Positions 40,418 to 54,531 of a DNA stretch of 64,000 nt are shown piece by piece (position 1 is the stretch's first letter; every line of letters begins with the position of its first letter). The translations under genes and the position numbers were made by a program. The stretch lies in the NCBI GenBank assembly GCA_964016885.1, contig OZ024742.1, forward strand, positions 74,090,001 through 74,154,000, given 5' to 3'. Under the pieces are notes generated by a model that worked only from the letters and a program-made list of their open reading frames with translations, ran no database searches and had not been told where the DNA came from. This stretch comes from Eledone cirrhosa (lineage: Eukaryota).

Positions 40418-40804
40418 GTACTATTATTTATTGTGTATTTATTGCCTTTCATCCTTACGGGGTCGATAAAATAAAGTACCAGTAATGCACTAGGTAATAG
40501 CTGGCCTTGTGCCTAAAGTAGAAACAATTATTTATTGTGTTCGTCTTTCCTTCCGGTACATCATGGCTATCTCGTTACCATTTGCTCCTGCCTTTTACTG
40601 ATTTTACGTCATTAACAGATAAAAATATTTCATCACCAACACCACCACCACCACTACCACCACCACCACACCACAACCATCACCAACAACGACAACAACA
40701 CCAATAAACGAATGCGTGTTAACGAAAGAGGGCTTTATACGGTCGCAGAACCTACTAAACATAGTAGCCAGATTCCCTTCACATCAAATCATACCGCATA
40801 ATAA

Positions 40805-41227
40805 TGGTTTCTGATATAGGCACAAGGCTAGCAATTTGGGAGTAGGGGAAAGTCAATTAAATTGACCTCAGTGCGTGACTGGTACTTTATTTTATCGACC
40901 GTAAGGATGAAAGGCAAAGTTAACCTCTGTGGGATTTGAACTCAGATTTATAAAGGGCCGTAACTCTATGCTGCAAAGCATGGCGTCCGACCCGCTACCG
41001 AAACTGCCAATCCACTGCCCTCATCATGCCGCATAATAATTGTTTCTACTTTAGGCACAAGGCCAGCAATTACCCAGTGCATTACTGGTACTTTATTTTA
41101 TCGGCCCCGTAAGGATGAAAGGCAAAGTCAACCTCGGCGGGATTTGAACTCAGATCGTAAAGGGACGTAACTATGCTGGGGAGCATGGCGTCCGACCCTC
41201 TACTGATACTGCCAATCTACTGCCCTC
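40805..41227 (-). mobile_element. Two tandem family A SINEs
   Basis: Copies at ~40805-41022 and ~41039-41227, bounded by three ccgcataataat copies. Confidence 0.85.
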
Positions 41228-42629
41228 ATCATGCCGCATAATAATGAAAGATACACTTGATAATGTATGTCTAAAAAAAGATAAAAAGCAAAAAAAAAAA
41301 AATAGGCGGTGTCCCGGATCGAAATTCTTTTATCCTAGGTCGGTTTGACGGTGGCTAATTTGGAATAACCATCGACTCTCGCGTCTCGAATAATCATCCT
41401 CCCCGTTTATTAATTTTTCACACCCCCTCCCGTTATTATTCTCCCACACCCCGCTTATTAAATTCTTTTTCTAATCTAAATTTTATTTATACTTAAAAAA
41501 AACATTTTACACAACAAAAAAAGGACATTACCAGAAATCCCATGTTATAAAATAAATAGGATGGGTTGGGGGGGTCTCAATATGTAAACTAAACGACTAA
41601 TTCTGGTTTTCCAAAAACCTAGTAAAATTACCCCCCCCGCGCTTATCCCGCCTCCGCTTATTCCAGCCCCTCCCTTATTCCACACCCCTATTATTTGGGA
41701 CCCAATGAGGCAGTTGCTATGTAGTATCTCCTCCTACTAGACATAGCAACCAAATCTTCCACAAATTATACTCTACAGTCAAATTAGGAAATGATGCATT
41801 GGATAACGCGAAGGCGCACAACTTAGTCATGAGAGTGTTGGGCTCACGATCGTAATGTCTTGAGTTCTATTCCCGGACTTCTGACGATGCATTGTTCTCA
41901 TGAGCAATGACATCTCATCTCACGTTGCTCCAGTCCACTCAACTAGAAACGCATTACTACAAGCAACAGTAGAGAAAAGCTTTCGTCAGTGAGGACTCTG
42001 ATACCAAGTTCTATCGGTTCTTCATGCGGACAACACCGGTGATGTGGAAAGGGGAAAACGTTATTCGATAGAGTGCGTAGCTCGGAGATCAGAGAGTCAC
42101 TCCAGGTAGAGCCGCTACTTTTCCGAATTGACAGATCACAGCTCTGATACTATGGGTATGTGGTTAGAAATGATAGAAATTTGCTTGCTATACTTAGCAG
42201 GTCAAGTAGAGACTCTTTTGTTGAGTCAGAAATACTGTAGTTGTGGCCGCTGCTGCTGATGTTGTTTAAGCGTGGACGCAGCATGGCCGAATGGTTAAGA
42301 AGTTCGCTTCGTATTCATAAGGAAATGGGTTCGATTCCATTGTATGGAACCTTGGGCACATGTCATTTACCATAACTTCGGCTTGACCCATATTTTGTGA
42401 ATGAAATTGGATAAAAGGAAACTTTGGAAAAGTCGAATTGACTGTACCTCTTATTCAAAAGGCCAGCCCTTGTCACACTGTCACGCCGAACCTCCTTGAG
42501 AATTACCCGTATCTGTAGAATGCTTAGCCACTTTCGCGTTATTTCAAATCGAACAACTGGAATATTCATCGTCGAAATCGATGCTCCATTTCGTCCTGTC
42601 CCAGGGTTTCGATCCGTCAGCTCTACCAA

Positions 42630-42825
42630 GGTCGATTGAAAAGTGCATAAGCTGACCATGATATTTGCATGAAATGACCAAATGAGATTTATTTTCCAAC
42701 ATAGTCTCTGGAAAGAAACAATGCATTTATTAATAAGAAGAATTGAAATTAAAGCATGCAAGATTTCACAGCTCTAGCATCACACCTTCATAATCAGCCA
42801 ATGAACTTTTCAGCCGACCCTCGTA
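42630..42825. mobile_element. Mariner-type MITE, same family as 58131-58323
   Basis: gattgaaaagtgcataagctga .. tcagccaatgaactttttcagccgaccctcgta. Confidence 0.65.
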
Positions 42826-43004
42826 ATAAATCAGACTTATGATTAACACCATTTCAACCGTGCCCTTGCTGTTTGTTTATCAATAACAGTTTATTTAGGA
42901 TCACATCTGATGTTGTTACTGTTACGACAATGGTGTGGGATTTGAGGAAGACTTGGCTGCTATTTCTAGCAGGTGGGATAACCACGTAGTTATTACTTTA
43001 TTAG

Positions 43005-44380
43005 TTTGCTGCTGCTGTTGTTGTTGTTGTTGTTGCTGTTGTTGTTGTTGTTGTTGTTATTGCCGTTACTGCTGTTATTGTTATCGTTGCTGCTGTTGCT
43101 GTTGTTGATACCGTTACTGCTGCTGTAGCTGCTGTTGCTACTACTGCTGTTGTTATTGTTACTGATATTGTTGTTGTTGCCGCTACTGCTGTTGTTGTTA
43201 TTGTTGCTGCTGCTGTAGCTGCTGTTGCTACTGCTGTTGTTGTTGTTGCTGCTGATGTTGTTGTTATTGTTGTTGATGAAGTTGTTGTTGATGCCGTTAC
43301 TGCTGCTGTTGCTACTGTGGTGTTGTTATTGTTGCTGTTGTTTTTCTGTTGCTGTTGTTGCTACTGCTACTACTGCTGTTGCTACTGTTGCTACTGCTGT
43401 TGTTTCTTCTGTTGCTGCTGTTGTTGTTGTTGTTATTGCTGCTGTTGCTCTTGTTACTTCTGTTGCTAAAGTTACTACTGCTACTGTTGCTGCTGTTTCT
43501 TCTGTTGGTGTTGTTACTACTGCTGCTGCTGTTGTTGCTGCTGCTGTCATCAATTATGCTGCTGCCAATGCTGCTGTTGTCCTGCTGATGTTGCTGTTGC
43601 TGTTGCTGTTGATGTTGATGTTATTGCGGCTGTTGCTGTTGATGTTATTGCTGCTGTTGCTGTTGATGTTGATGTTATTGCTGCTGTTGATGTTGATGGT
43701 ATTGCTGCTGTTGCTGTTGCTGTTGCTGTTGATGTTACTGCTGCTGTTGCTGTTGTTGCTACCGCTGTCGATGTTACTGCTGCTGTTGATGTTGCTGTTG
43801 ATGTCACTGCTGCTGTTGATGTTACTGCTGTGTTGCTACCGCTGTCGATGTCACTGCTGCTGTTGCTGTTGATGTTGATGTTACTGCTGCTGTTGATGTT
43901 ACTGCTGTGTTGCTACTGCTGTTGATGTCACTGCTGCTATTGCTGTTGATGTTACTGCTGCTGTTGATGTTACTGCTGCTGTTGCTGTTGCTGTTGTTGC
44001 TACCGCTGTCGATGTTACTGCTGCTGTTGATGTTGCTGTTGATGTTACCGCTGTGTTGCTACCGCTGTTGATGTTACCGCAGCTGTTGCTGTTGATGTTA
44101 CTGCTGTTGATGCTACCGCTGTTGATGTCACTGCTGCTGTTGCTGTTACTGCTGCTGTTGCTGTTGCTGTTGATGTCACTGCTGCTGTTGATGTTACTGC
44201 TGTTGATGTTACAGCTGCTGTTGATGTTACAGCTGCTGTTGATGTCACTGCTGCTGTTGATGCTACCGCTGTTGATGTTACTGTTGCTGTTACAGCTGCT
44301 GTTGCTGTTACCGTTGTGTTGCTACCGCTGCTGTTGCTACCGTTACTGTTGCTACCGCTGATGATGTTATTGTTGCTGCC
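43005..44380. repeat. (GTT/GCT/GAT)n trinucleotide low-complexity tract
   Basis: Direct reading; gives rise to spurious poly-L and TSTA ORFs. Confidence 0.95.
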
Positions 44381-44869
44381 ATTCTTCTATACTATATATT
44401 ACTATCTACATACAGTGTTCAACTTTCCTAAGCCTCCCCACTCCGCTAAATATAACTAATAGAGTCATTCTTCTCACAATATCCTCGTTTTCTTTAAGAC
44501 AGTTTCATAGAAATTAAAATATCAACGTTGTTCGTCGGCTGAAATCAGACACCACATTTTCTCTTCTTGGCTCCTGCAAACATTAAAGGCGTGCCAACGA
44601 GGGAGTTTCAACGTATTTTTAGAGAGATTAGTCTGCTATCGTTAGCAGGTTGAACGACCATGTAGAGGTCCCCACGTCGGCTCGCTAGGTGGTGCTGTTA
44701 TACTGGAGTTGTTTTAGAACTACTACTGCTCATTCGGCTCGCTAGGTGGTGCTGTTAAACAGGAGTTGTTTTGAGCCCACTGTTCATCCTTTTATCATTG
44801 AACCACTTTAGCATTTGTTGTCTATATATATATTGTGTTTATTATATATTGTGTTTATCGTGTCTTCAG

Positions 44870-45240
44870 GGACAATAAGCAGAATTGGGATGCGACTCGT
44901 TCTCTGCCTCCAACATAGCTACTTCGGCCACAAACACGTGCTCCACTACCCGCAATGCAGAGGAGGGGAAGAAAATCAAATACCGGGTACTGACAGACCA
45001 CTTTCTCTTTGCACCGGTCTCCGTCGAGACCTCTGGCGTCCTTGGTCGATACACTGCTGATTTCCCCCGTAAAGTCGGAACAACAGCAACCTGCTTGAGG
45101 AGGAAGCCCCGTGAAATGGGCTGGCTGCTGCAGCGGCGGGTGTCTCTGGTCATTCTCCGCGGTAATGCTTTTGCCGTTTTTCCGCGGGGCGCAGCTGAGG
45201 CACAGCTCAGGGTGGGGTCTTGTGTTTGTCCCTCGCCCTC
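44870..45240 (+). mobile_element. CRE-clade non-LTR retrotransposon 3' fragment (restriction-like endonuclease)
   Basis: AEEGKKIKY..FAPVSVETSGVLG..LQRRVSLVILRGNA motif pattern. Confidence 0.75.
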
Positions 45241-46322
45241 CCTTTCATTTCTCGCTTGATCCTTGTTGCTTTCTCTCTTCTTCATTTTCTTTCTTCTTTC
45301 ATTTCTCTTCCCTTTAATAAACAGAATTATCTTAGCTAAGTATTTCATCCTTGAAATCTCACTATCAGAATTGTACTTCTACTGTCAACGTTATTGTTGT
45401 TGTTATTGTTACACAGATACAGGATCAAAATTCAGTCATGATGACACTGTACTTTTTTGTTTTACTTATAACATACATTGGACCACATTAACTAATGTTT
45501 TCTTTTATAAGACTCCATGGTATAGTTGCTATAAGACTCCATGGTATAGTTATAGGGACCTTTGGCTGTTATTTCTAGCAGGTGGACCGATCACCTAAAG
45601 TGGATCCCTAGAAAAAAATATAAATTAAAATTAGGATGGTAGGGATTGTCCATGAAATATAGGTAAGGGTTCTGAGAGTTTTGGAAAACCGTATATAGAT
45701 TTCGAAAAAAAATATAGTTGCAGGAGGTAAAGTTGGGGTGGAGTGAAGGGGAGGTGGTGGAGGTGAAGCTGAGGTTGAGTGAAGGAGAATTGGTGGAGGT
45801 AAAGTTGGTGGAGGTAAAGTGGAGTCAATGGAGGTACAGGTGAGGTAGAGTCAATGAGAAGAATTTAAAAATTTTAACAATACTTGGGGAAAAGAATTAG
45901 GTAACAAAATACTTTAGGATGGATTACCCTTGTAAAATTAGCGGGAAGTAAAAATATGGTGTGAGTCATTTAATAAATAGGGAGTGATGCAACAGAGATG
46001 TTTTTGTAGGGTTTACTATCTCAGCAAGGAGGGGCATTAGTGAATATTTAGCAACAAAGGGGTCCAGGGTGAAAGTATAAACTATTCTCTGAACCACCCA
46101 ATATAAAGTGTAGAAGTAAGGGACTAGCAAAAATAAAAAGTAAGGGGCGGAGAGTGGGAGAATTGATGAGGTGGCGAGGAAAGTGAAATGGAACGAAATT
46201 AGGAGACGGCGCTTTATTTAAAAACTAAAAAAAGTGGTGGGTAGAGGAGTAAAGATTTTCCCCTAGCTACACACTTAGTTAGAATATACGATAGAGAGAG
46301 AGAGAGAGAGGGGAGAGAGAGA

Positions 46323-46387
<65 letters not shown>

Positions 46388-46473
46388 GGGGAGGGGACGA
46401 GCGAGGGCAAGGGACCAGAGATATAAAGTTTGAAAAAAGTCAATGAGGAGAGAAGGAAAATTGGAAGGCAAAA

Positions 46474-46540
<67 letters not shown>

Positions 46541-47659
46541 TGTATGGGTTAGATGGGGTGGATGTGTGCACTACATAAAGTACAAGAGACCAGCTAAACA
46601 GAGAACAGGTTGACACAACTGCTGATATCAGTCAGATTATAACCGTCTCCATATTTTGTTTCTAATTAATCATTTAATTAAAAGTATAAGCATCAACATT
46701 TCTATGAAAAGAGGGGGATAATTTATGGTGTTCATGATTTTCCCTAAACATTTAGCAGTTTTTACCGGGAATGGAAACCAGCTCTATTTGCAAGAGAGTT
46801 CTTGTAGTCCATATACTTCTTTGATGAGGTGCAATAAAACATAAATATCTCCACTAACAAACATTAAATTTTTCTTTGATCATGACAATTAATTAAAAAA
46901 AAATTCTTAACTTAATGAAATTATCGCCTCGTTTTTTGTGAGTCGCAAACGAATGCTACTAAGATTTTGTCTACTAGCCCTACTGGCTACCACACACATC
47001 AACTAGCGAGAACACATTGCGCTTGCCACCTTCTACTCTCATCCCTTCTCAAGAGATGTGGATCACATCCTTATGCTGACATATTCTTGTGAGGTGACAG
47101 TCAAAATACCAAAATTCCTACAACATTGATATTTACACGTATATTGAAGAGGATCACCTAGGGGCAATACCGAATCCCTTTTCCTGCTTGATTTCTAATT
47201 CAAAATCACACGGAAGGGCTCTGACACCACCAGATTTTTTGAGAAAGTGGTATACAGGGGCATATTTGTGTACAATAAATGTATCCTACGCACCAGACCC
47301 CATGACACCCTACGTACCGAATGATTATATTCCACACTTTCTTGGTTAATTATCCAACTTTCGCACACATACTGAACCTGCCATTGGTTTTAACACCCTA
47401 CTCTTTGTTCTCTGTGACATTCCTTTATCTTTCATAATTTTCTGTAGCCCCAAAAAGGCAGCCATTTCAAGAGAGATTATTTTTCCATTTCTTTCAAACT
47501 GAATTCAGGAAAAGTAATCTTATTCGATATTTCCACCGTCTCATCTCAAATCTTAAATGCATTTAAACTTGAAATTGGCTTATCTTTAGTTTAATTGTTT
47601 CACTCCAGTTTTTGGACTTGTTTCTCTTCTCCTTTCCAACATTTTCGCTAGGTTTGCTT

Positions 47660-47790
47660 CTATTTTCTGCTATCAAGGCTGTGTTATCCGTGCATCTCAG
47701 ATTGCTAATTGTCTGGGTTCCTATTTCAGCTTCTTTCATCTCACCTACTTCTGTTTTCTTCGCGATATTTTCGCTCTGCATGTTGCAAAA
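47660..47790 (-). mobile_element. LINE RT fragment
   Basis: IGTQTISNLRCTDNTALIAE resembles a decayed NLRYADD motif. Confidence 0.55.
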
Positions 47791-47819
47791 TATAGAGAGT
47801 AGTTTGCAGTGTTGTTTAA

Positions 47820-47902
<83 letters not shown>

Positions 47903-47906
<4 letters not shown>

Positions 47907-48206
47907 AAACAAGATGAAATCGAAAATGAAACTGGAGTCTTTTTTTTTTAAATATATTTATTTGGTTCCTTTACCGGTTTCGCAGATGGAGGGTTTGTGG
48001 TTTTTCTCACATCTGAGAAAAACGCCAAACCCTCCATCTCAATTCTACTTTTGAAAAGCACAAGAACTGCGAAACCGGTAAAGGAACCAAATAAATATAT
48101 TTAAAAAAAAAAGACTCCAGTTCCATTTTCGATTTCATCTTTTTCCATATACTTTCACTCGTGTAGGACACCTCGTTTTTTTTTTCATTTTGTAAAAAAT
48201 CCTCAC

Positions 48207-48212
<6 letters not shown>
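47903..48212. mobile_element. Fold-back TA-flanked repeat with an HHR 3' half on both arms
   Basis: 47903-47984 is the reverse complement of ~48067-48148; GAAA-ccgg-ta at 48071-48080; internal hairpin. Confidence 0.75.
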
Positions 48213-48259
<47 letters not shown>

Positions 48260-48730
48260 TAAGTGTGAAGAGCAAATAATCAAAAACGTGATATGAAAGT
48301 AAAAAAGAGAAAGCAGGATGAAGTCAAGAAGATGTTTGAGAAAGTAGTTTTTGAAAGTTTGTCATCCAGCTCGGCTATTAGTGATGATGATGGGATCTTC
48401 AAATCAGTACCGCCCCGAAAATCGCCGCGATTAAAGCCGACTTTCGACGCCTCTCTTGTTGCCACATGGGAACGGGAGAAACTACCGGTATGACAAGCAA
48501 GTACTTCTTACATCGCAATTGCAAAGAATCTTGGTCATGATGTGTCTGAATTCTCGGTTTCCGCCTCAACAGTTTATCAAACAAGAGCCAGTCACTGTGA
48601 GTTATCCACTTTCCCACCTGAAGCTAGATCCTGGATAGTCCTCCACTGGGATGGAAAATTATTATCATCGGCCTCCCAATCCAGCAGACCCGAAGTTTGG
48701 ATTGCAGTTTTTTTCATTTCACGCGAATAG
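48260..48730 (+). mobile_element. DNA transposon transposase remnant (possibly hATm-like)
   Basis: LVATWEREK and IVLHWDGKLL motifs in broken frames. Confidence 0.45.
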
Positions 48731-49264
48731 AGTAATTATTCTACTTAACTGCGTGTTTTAAGCTGTAGATAACTCCCAAGAAACTGGAACCAAAAGTATA
48801 GTTGGTATTGGATTATGTTTTCTCACAGCTCCAGAATAAATCGACTTTTTTTTAATTTATTGAACATCCAACGCTGATCGTTGTGTCCAGATGTTAACAA
48901 ATAACCTGTTCATTTTACATTTCTTCAAGGTAACTCATACATATTTTAGAAAGATGGGTCCCAACCTTATTTTGCAAACAAAACATCGTTAAATGAGCAT
49001 TTAACTGACCGCTGAATAAGATCGCAAAGAACATCTATGAGTCTCTTTTAAGATATTCTGACTTGACCATGTCTATCAAGTAAAAGCGAGAGTTACAACA
49101 TGGCGTTACGGATAAGTAAAAGCGAGAGTTACAACATGGCGTTAATGATAAGTTATCACCACCTCCAAACTTACAAAATTCTTTTTACTGTACTGCCTTT
49201 TTTTTAAAGCTGAGATGCTGAGATAGTTGTATATACATTGAAGATAATTATTTTCAAAGTCAAA

Positions 49265-49530
49265 TTCCTGTTGTGAAAGGTTCTGCAGAAGTATGAGATC
49301 GATGGAGAGCTTCCTGTTGCACTGATGTCTCTATATGAATGCCCTAGTATTTGTTTGGAGAAATGGCGTTGAGACGAAACCTTTCAATGCAAGGGTGCGT
49401 ACTGTCAATTCTCCTGTTCATTATTTTTATGAACTGGATTGACATACGCAGCCAGGTTGGAAGTGATATCAAGACTGGTGGGTGTAGGATCATTCGGCTG
49501 GAATTTGCGGACGACATGGTACTACTTAAC
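49265..49530 (+). mobile_element. LINE RT fragment
   Basis: QGCVLSILLFIIFMNWID..LEFADDMVLL. Confidence 0.8.
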
Positions 49531-49899
49531 TTTAACCATTTTAAAGTTTTTAATGAACACTTGTGCTTTTCTTAGTTTACACTTGCATTGTAGACAACTT
49601 TATTCAGTCATAAACCACTTCTAGCTTAGATGGAAGTTGTTTTGTTATTTCCTCTGCTGGCTCAATGTTATTGTTGTAAAAGTCAAGCAACAAATGTTGC
49701 GCTTCCTTCTCAAAAATTAAATATCCCCGGAGTATTAGGAAACACTTTGTTACATCTTCATTTGAAGTGTCAATTGTTACTGAAAAGTTCAAACCATGTT
49801 CTTTCATATATTTCACATATCTTCGTATAAAATATGACATTAGAATATTTATCTTCACGGAGAGATTATGCTTTAATTTTTTTTTGCTGTATATGTCTT

Positions 49900-50172
49900 T
49901 GTCACGAATGACTATGATTTTGCTACTGGATAGTTCCCCTTTGAGGAACATGCCTGGGCAAGGTGTGTTTGTGGAAGACCAGCAGTTACCCATGCCCCTC
50001 CCCTCTCTCCACGCCACCAACGTTGTTCAAGGGAAAGGCAATGGCCGATACAGCTGAGTGAACTGGAGTAACGTGAAATATAGTGACACAAACTCATCAC
50101 TCGGTCCGGGTATCGAACTCACAACCTTACGATTATGAGTTCAACGTTCAAACCACTAAGCCACGTGCCTTC
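49900..50172 (-). mobile_element. tRNA-derived SINE, family B
   Basis: Minus strand: gaaggcacgtggcttagtgg..gagttcgatacccgg; shares aaggc..ggccgatacag with the 16740 copy. Confidence 0.75.
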
Positions 50173-52518
50173 ACATTTTTACACCACAATCAACATTTCA
50201 GTATGACTGATGAGGCTTCACATAATATACTTTATATAGTTTTACTGTTAATATTTTTCACTTTGAACTTTGGAAGAAAAATTACGACAACGACGACGTA
50301 CCGGTAATATGAGTCATAATTTTATGTTGTTGTTCTTCTTTAGCCCCAGGCTAGTCCTTACTAAACAAACATAAGAACCAAAGCATTCTAGCCGCCATCC
50401 TACCGTCTTTTTCCTATGTCCAATATGTCCTTTTTAAGATAGTAAGATCTGATTTGGGGTATATCTAGCCTGCTGTTTCTTGCAGACTAATCACGTAGAG
50501 GGCTACGTCATTGGCATCGGTGGTAGCGTATCATTTAGCTGGTCTCCAGTCGGATCAATTAGAGACGGCTACCTGACAAGATCTGGAAGACGTGCTTGAG
50601 GACTCTACCCCCCACGACATTCCAGGGAATAAGTAGACGAAGAAGAAGCAAAGAGCTACCCCAATGGCATCTATAGTAGCATGTCATTTAGCTGTACTTT
50701 TTCTATTACAGCCAACGCCATAGAGCACAGAAAACGTGAAAAGATCTGGGTTTTTTTAGCGATAAATCCAAATCCATTGATCCATTTATGGATATATTTA
50801 GGATCACATTAGCCAGTTCGTCCTTCATTTTAATAGACATTAGTGTGGGATTTGAGGGACATTTGATTGCTATTTCTAGCAGATCTTTAGCTCGATATAT
50901 TTACAATTGAGCAGACAAGTGGAAATTATTGATATTAAAAACGTCACACCTTACACAAATATCACGAGCAAGCTGAAACACTATTCATCGTTTGATTAGG
51001 TCATGGTCATAATTTCTTTGTTGATAACCAAGTTATAAGTTAGTAAACATCCCTGCTATAAAGAAACAACTTGACCTGGTTTTCATATTCATGGAATTTA
51101 ACTAAAATAATGTTTTTTTCTATTTGATTAGAGAATGAGGTAGAATTACAAGTTTTCCATGTCATATTAGCACCGATGGAACATCCATTTCTCTTTTACC
51201 ACCAGAGCAAGAACACTAAAATGTCAAGATTAATAAAATTATATAAATATATTCTGGGGTAATGGTGTCTATCAAAGATCCACAAACAACAAAATCATTT
51301 CATATACACTTATTTTAAAGAAAGCTATTGAGAGCTACGAATTGGCAGTATTTAGAACACCGGGTCGTATGCTTCATGGTATTCGTTCTGATTCTCTGCA
51401 TTTTGAGTTTAAATCCCGCCTAAGTCAATTTTGTTTTTTTATCCTTTCGAGATCGATAAATAAATTAAGAATATGTCCTTCGTTTTTTAAGATATCACGG
51501 CGTGATTTAATGTGGATTTGGCCATTTTTTCTAGCAGGCCGAGCGATCATGTAGAGGAAGTCTGAGAAACAGACACATTCACTATACTGGAAGAGAAAGC
51601 TATCTTGAACTAAGGGCCTATATTATAAAGCAAAGATGATTAGACGAAGACACTCGCATAAGCATATACATCAAACAAACTCATACACATTCACACGCAA
51701 ACGCAATCACACACAAACATACACTCACACATACACGTAATCACAACCTATGAACGCCTGATCACCAACTGCAAATGTATCTCGATTAGAAATTGTTATA
51801 TTTTGAGTGAACCATTGCCGTCAAAATTGAGGGATATTCGCATATATATTAAGTCATTGCTATGCATGACGTATACGAAGGAATGAGAAAAAACACCCCG
51901 AAGTTTGAAGCTCTGGCAATCGATGAATTGAAATGGAAGAGAAAAGAGTTTTCCAAGATGGATGAATAATAACTGACCATTAGAAAACGTCTAAATATGT
52001 CATGAGGAAAATCAGAGACCATTATTGTATTAATGCATATCGGCATATTACTTACGTTCGCAGTAAATATCATATATAAAACTTAATACAATAGAAATAT
52101 AAGGGTTGTCTCTTTTAATGTAAACATTGCTAAGCAACATAGTTAATGGTGGTTCAAATTTTAAATAGACCACTTTTTCTACTTTACCTTCTGTACTACT
52201 CTTTCCCGGTGCCTCTCTAATTCTGCCTATGTTTCTCTTTTTCTATTCACCTTTCTCTCAAACGCGCATAATATTTGAGACGTCAAACTCTGTTTCTCGC
52301 TCTCTCTTTCTCTCACTCTCGCTCCCTCCTCTCTCTCCTCTCTCTCTCTCCTTCTCTTTGATTTGCAAATCGTATTCTATTAAGCATCATCTCATATTCT
52401 CTCCTCTTTCTCAGCGCAACAGCAAAATCGTCTATGAGGAGTAGGAAGAGAAGATGTGTTAGTAAACTAGTAAGAATGAGAAAGAGGCGGGTGGGAGATA
52501 AAGAAGGGAAATAGATGG

Positions 52519-52687
<169 letters not shown>

Positions 52688-52792
52688 GGAAAACTTTGAA
52701 CAGGGACAAAACAGAGAGGCAGTACAACGAATGTTTATTAATTTCACGCTCTGGAGAGTGAGATTTTTTTTCTGCTCAAGCTCTGGCCTCAT

Positions 52793-52937
<145 letters not shown>

Positions 52938-53199
52938 TATAGAGATGAATGAGGCCAGAGCTTGAGCATAAAAAAAATGGGATTGAAGATTTTTCGTGGC
53001 ATTGCAAGCTGGTGTTACTGGTTTATGAAATGCAACGGATTATCAATGAGGACCCACACCAGAAATTTCTAGAAAATGCCTAGACAAAATCATTGAATCT
53101 CATAGGCTTTCAATTAATGTAAAATAAAATGAAATAAAATAAAACCACATACGAGTTTAGCAGAATTAGAAATATGAACACGATCCCTCTCATTTTTGA

Positions 53200-53700
53200 T
53201 GTTCCTTCTATCGGGAATGCTACTTTGTTTGGTTATAGAAGTGTGACTATTATAACATCATGTAATAAAAAGCAGCAAATTATTATACTGCAGTTTTGTC
53301 ATGTTGTGTCGATGGCACAAACTTACCTTCAATTTTGATCATTAAAAGAAAAACTATGCCAATGGACAAAATTCCAGTAGGAATTATTCACAATCACCAA
53401 AAATAGCTGGATTGCTTTGGTTGGATAATGTTTAATCAAGTTGACTAGATGGCTTACTGAAGAAACCAGTTTTATTGGTTGTGGGACCAATTCACTGTTG
53501 ATAAAACTGTAGCGACAAAGGTAGAACAATTAAAAATCACAATCTATTGAAATTCCTAGAGGTCTCACTTTTCAACTACAACCTTTGGATGTAATAATTA
53601 ACAAACTCTTCAAAGATTTTACGAGGAGGGAAGAATGGGATAACTGAAGGAAAATTCCATATGATCTTACACTGACCGGAAGAATGAAAAACAGCAATAT
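53200..53700 (+). mobile_element. pogo/Tigger-type DDE transposase remnant
   Basis: EIPRGLTFQLQPLDVIINKLFKD at ~53549-53617. Confidence 0.75.
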
Positions 53701-53712
53701 ATATATATATAT

Positions 53713-54497
53713 CTAGGGCGGGTAAAATTCCCGAGATCCATGGACGAGTTCTCTCCAGCGGTCTCTGTCCCTCATTATTGCTGCCATGTCCTGCGTCTCC
53801 AACAGACCAGTGTCTGTCCTTAGGGCATCAACATACGTTAACCTTGGTCTTCCTCTTCCAGTGTGTCCATGTAGGGGCACCCACAGGAGCACTGAGTGCA
53901 ATGTCAACTCTGGATGTCGGTGAACATGTCCAGCTAACCTCAGTCTCCTCTGTGTCACTTTTGAGCTGACTTTTGGGAGACTCCCCATACAGCTCTGAGT
54001 TTTTCATCCTCAGTGTATACTGATTAATGTTCAGAGAGTTAAGGCGAAAAAGATATCGGATGCTGAATTTGCCGACGACATAGTTTTGGTGACAAATACA
54101 GTGAAGGAGGCAGAGAATTTGATGCAGGAGGTTGAGACTGTGTCGATGAGTGTGGGGCTGAGAATGAATGAGACTAAAACAAAATATCTGGTAGAGAATG
54201 TTGAGAAGCCAGAGGAGATCACTAATGTAGGCGGGAAGCCGCTAGAATTGGTTGAGGACTTCCTGTATTTGGGAGCAAAGATTGGGAATACGGAAGATGA
54301 TGTGGTTGAGAGGAAGAGCAAAGCCTGGGCGGCGTGCCACAGCTTGAGATCGGTGTGGAAGTCGGAACTTCGTAAAGACCTGAAAATCCGCCTCTTCATT
54401 GCTGTAGTGTAGTCTGTGCTGCTGTACGGGTCTGAGACTTGCATACTGACCAGGAAACTCACTCAGATGATGGATGGGTGCTACACGAGAATGCTGA

Positions 54498-54500
<3 letters not shown>
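53713..54500. mobile_element. RTE-type LINE 3' fragment with 5' inversion, inside (TA)n
   Basis: Plus 54031-54500: EFADD..YLG..YGSET..CYTRMLR; minus 54030-53713: RRLRLAGHVHRH..RGRPRLTY..RDRWR. Confidence 0.9.

Positions 54501-54531
<31 letters not shown>

Noticed and set aside
43225-44361. Poly-L and TSTA mucin-like ORFs
   Set aside because: Trinucleotide low-complexity DNA, open in several frames at once.
49604-49860. Protein-like minus-strand ORF segment
   Set aside because: The ORF starts inside a SINE and shows no identifiable motif.
50208-50240. Isolated ctgatgag (similar cases at ~3500 and ~11626)
   Set aside because: No matching stem II-GAAA-stem III arrangement; expected by chance or too decayed to call.
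51862-51969. Protein-like frame MHDVYEGMRKNTPKFEALAIDELKWKRKEFSKMDE as a host exon
   Set aside because: No clear splice acceptor, no recognised homology and no partner exons; would need RNA-seq or BLAST.
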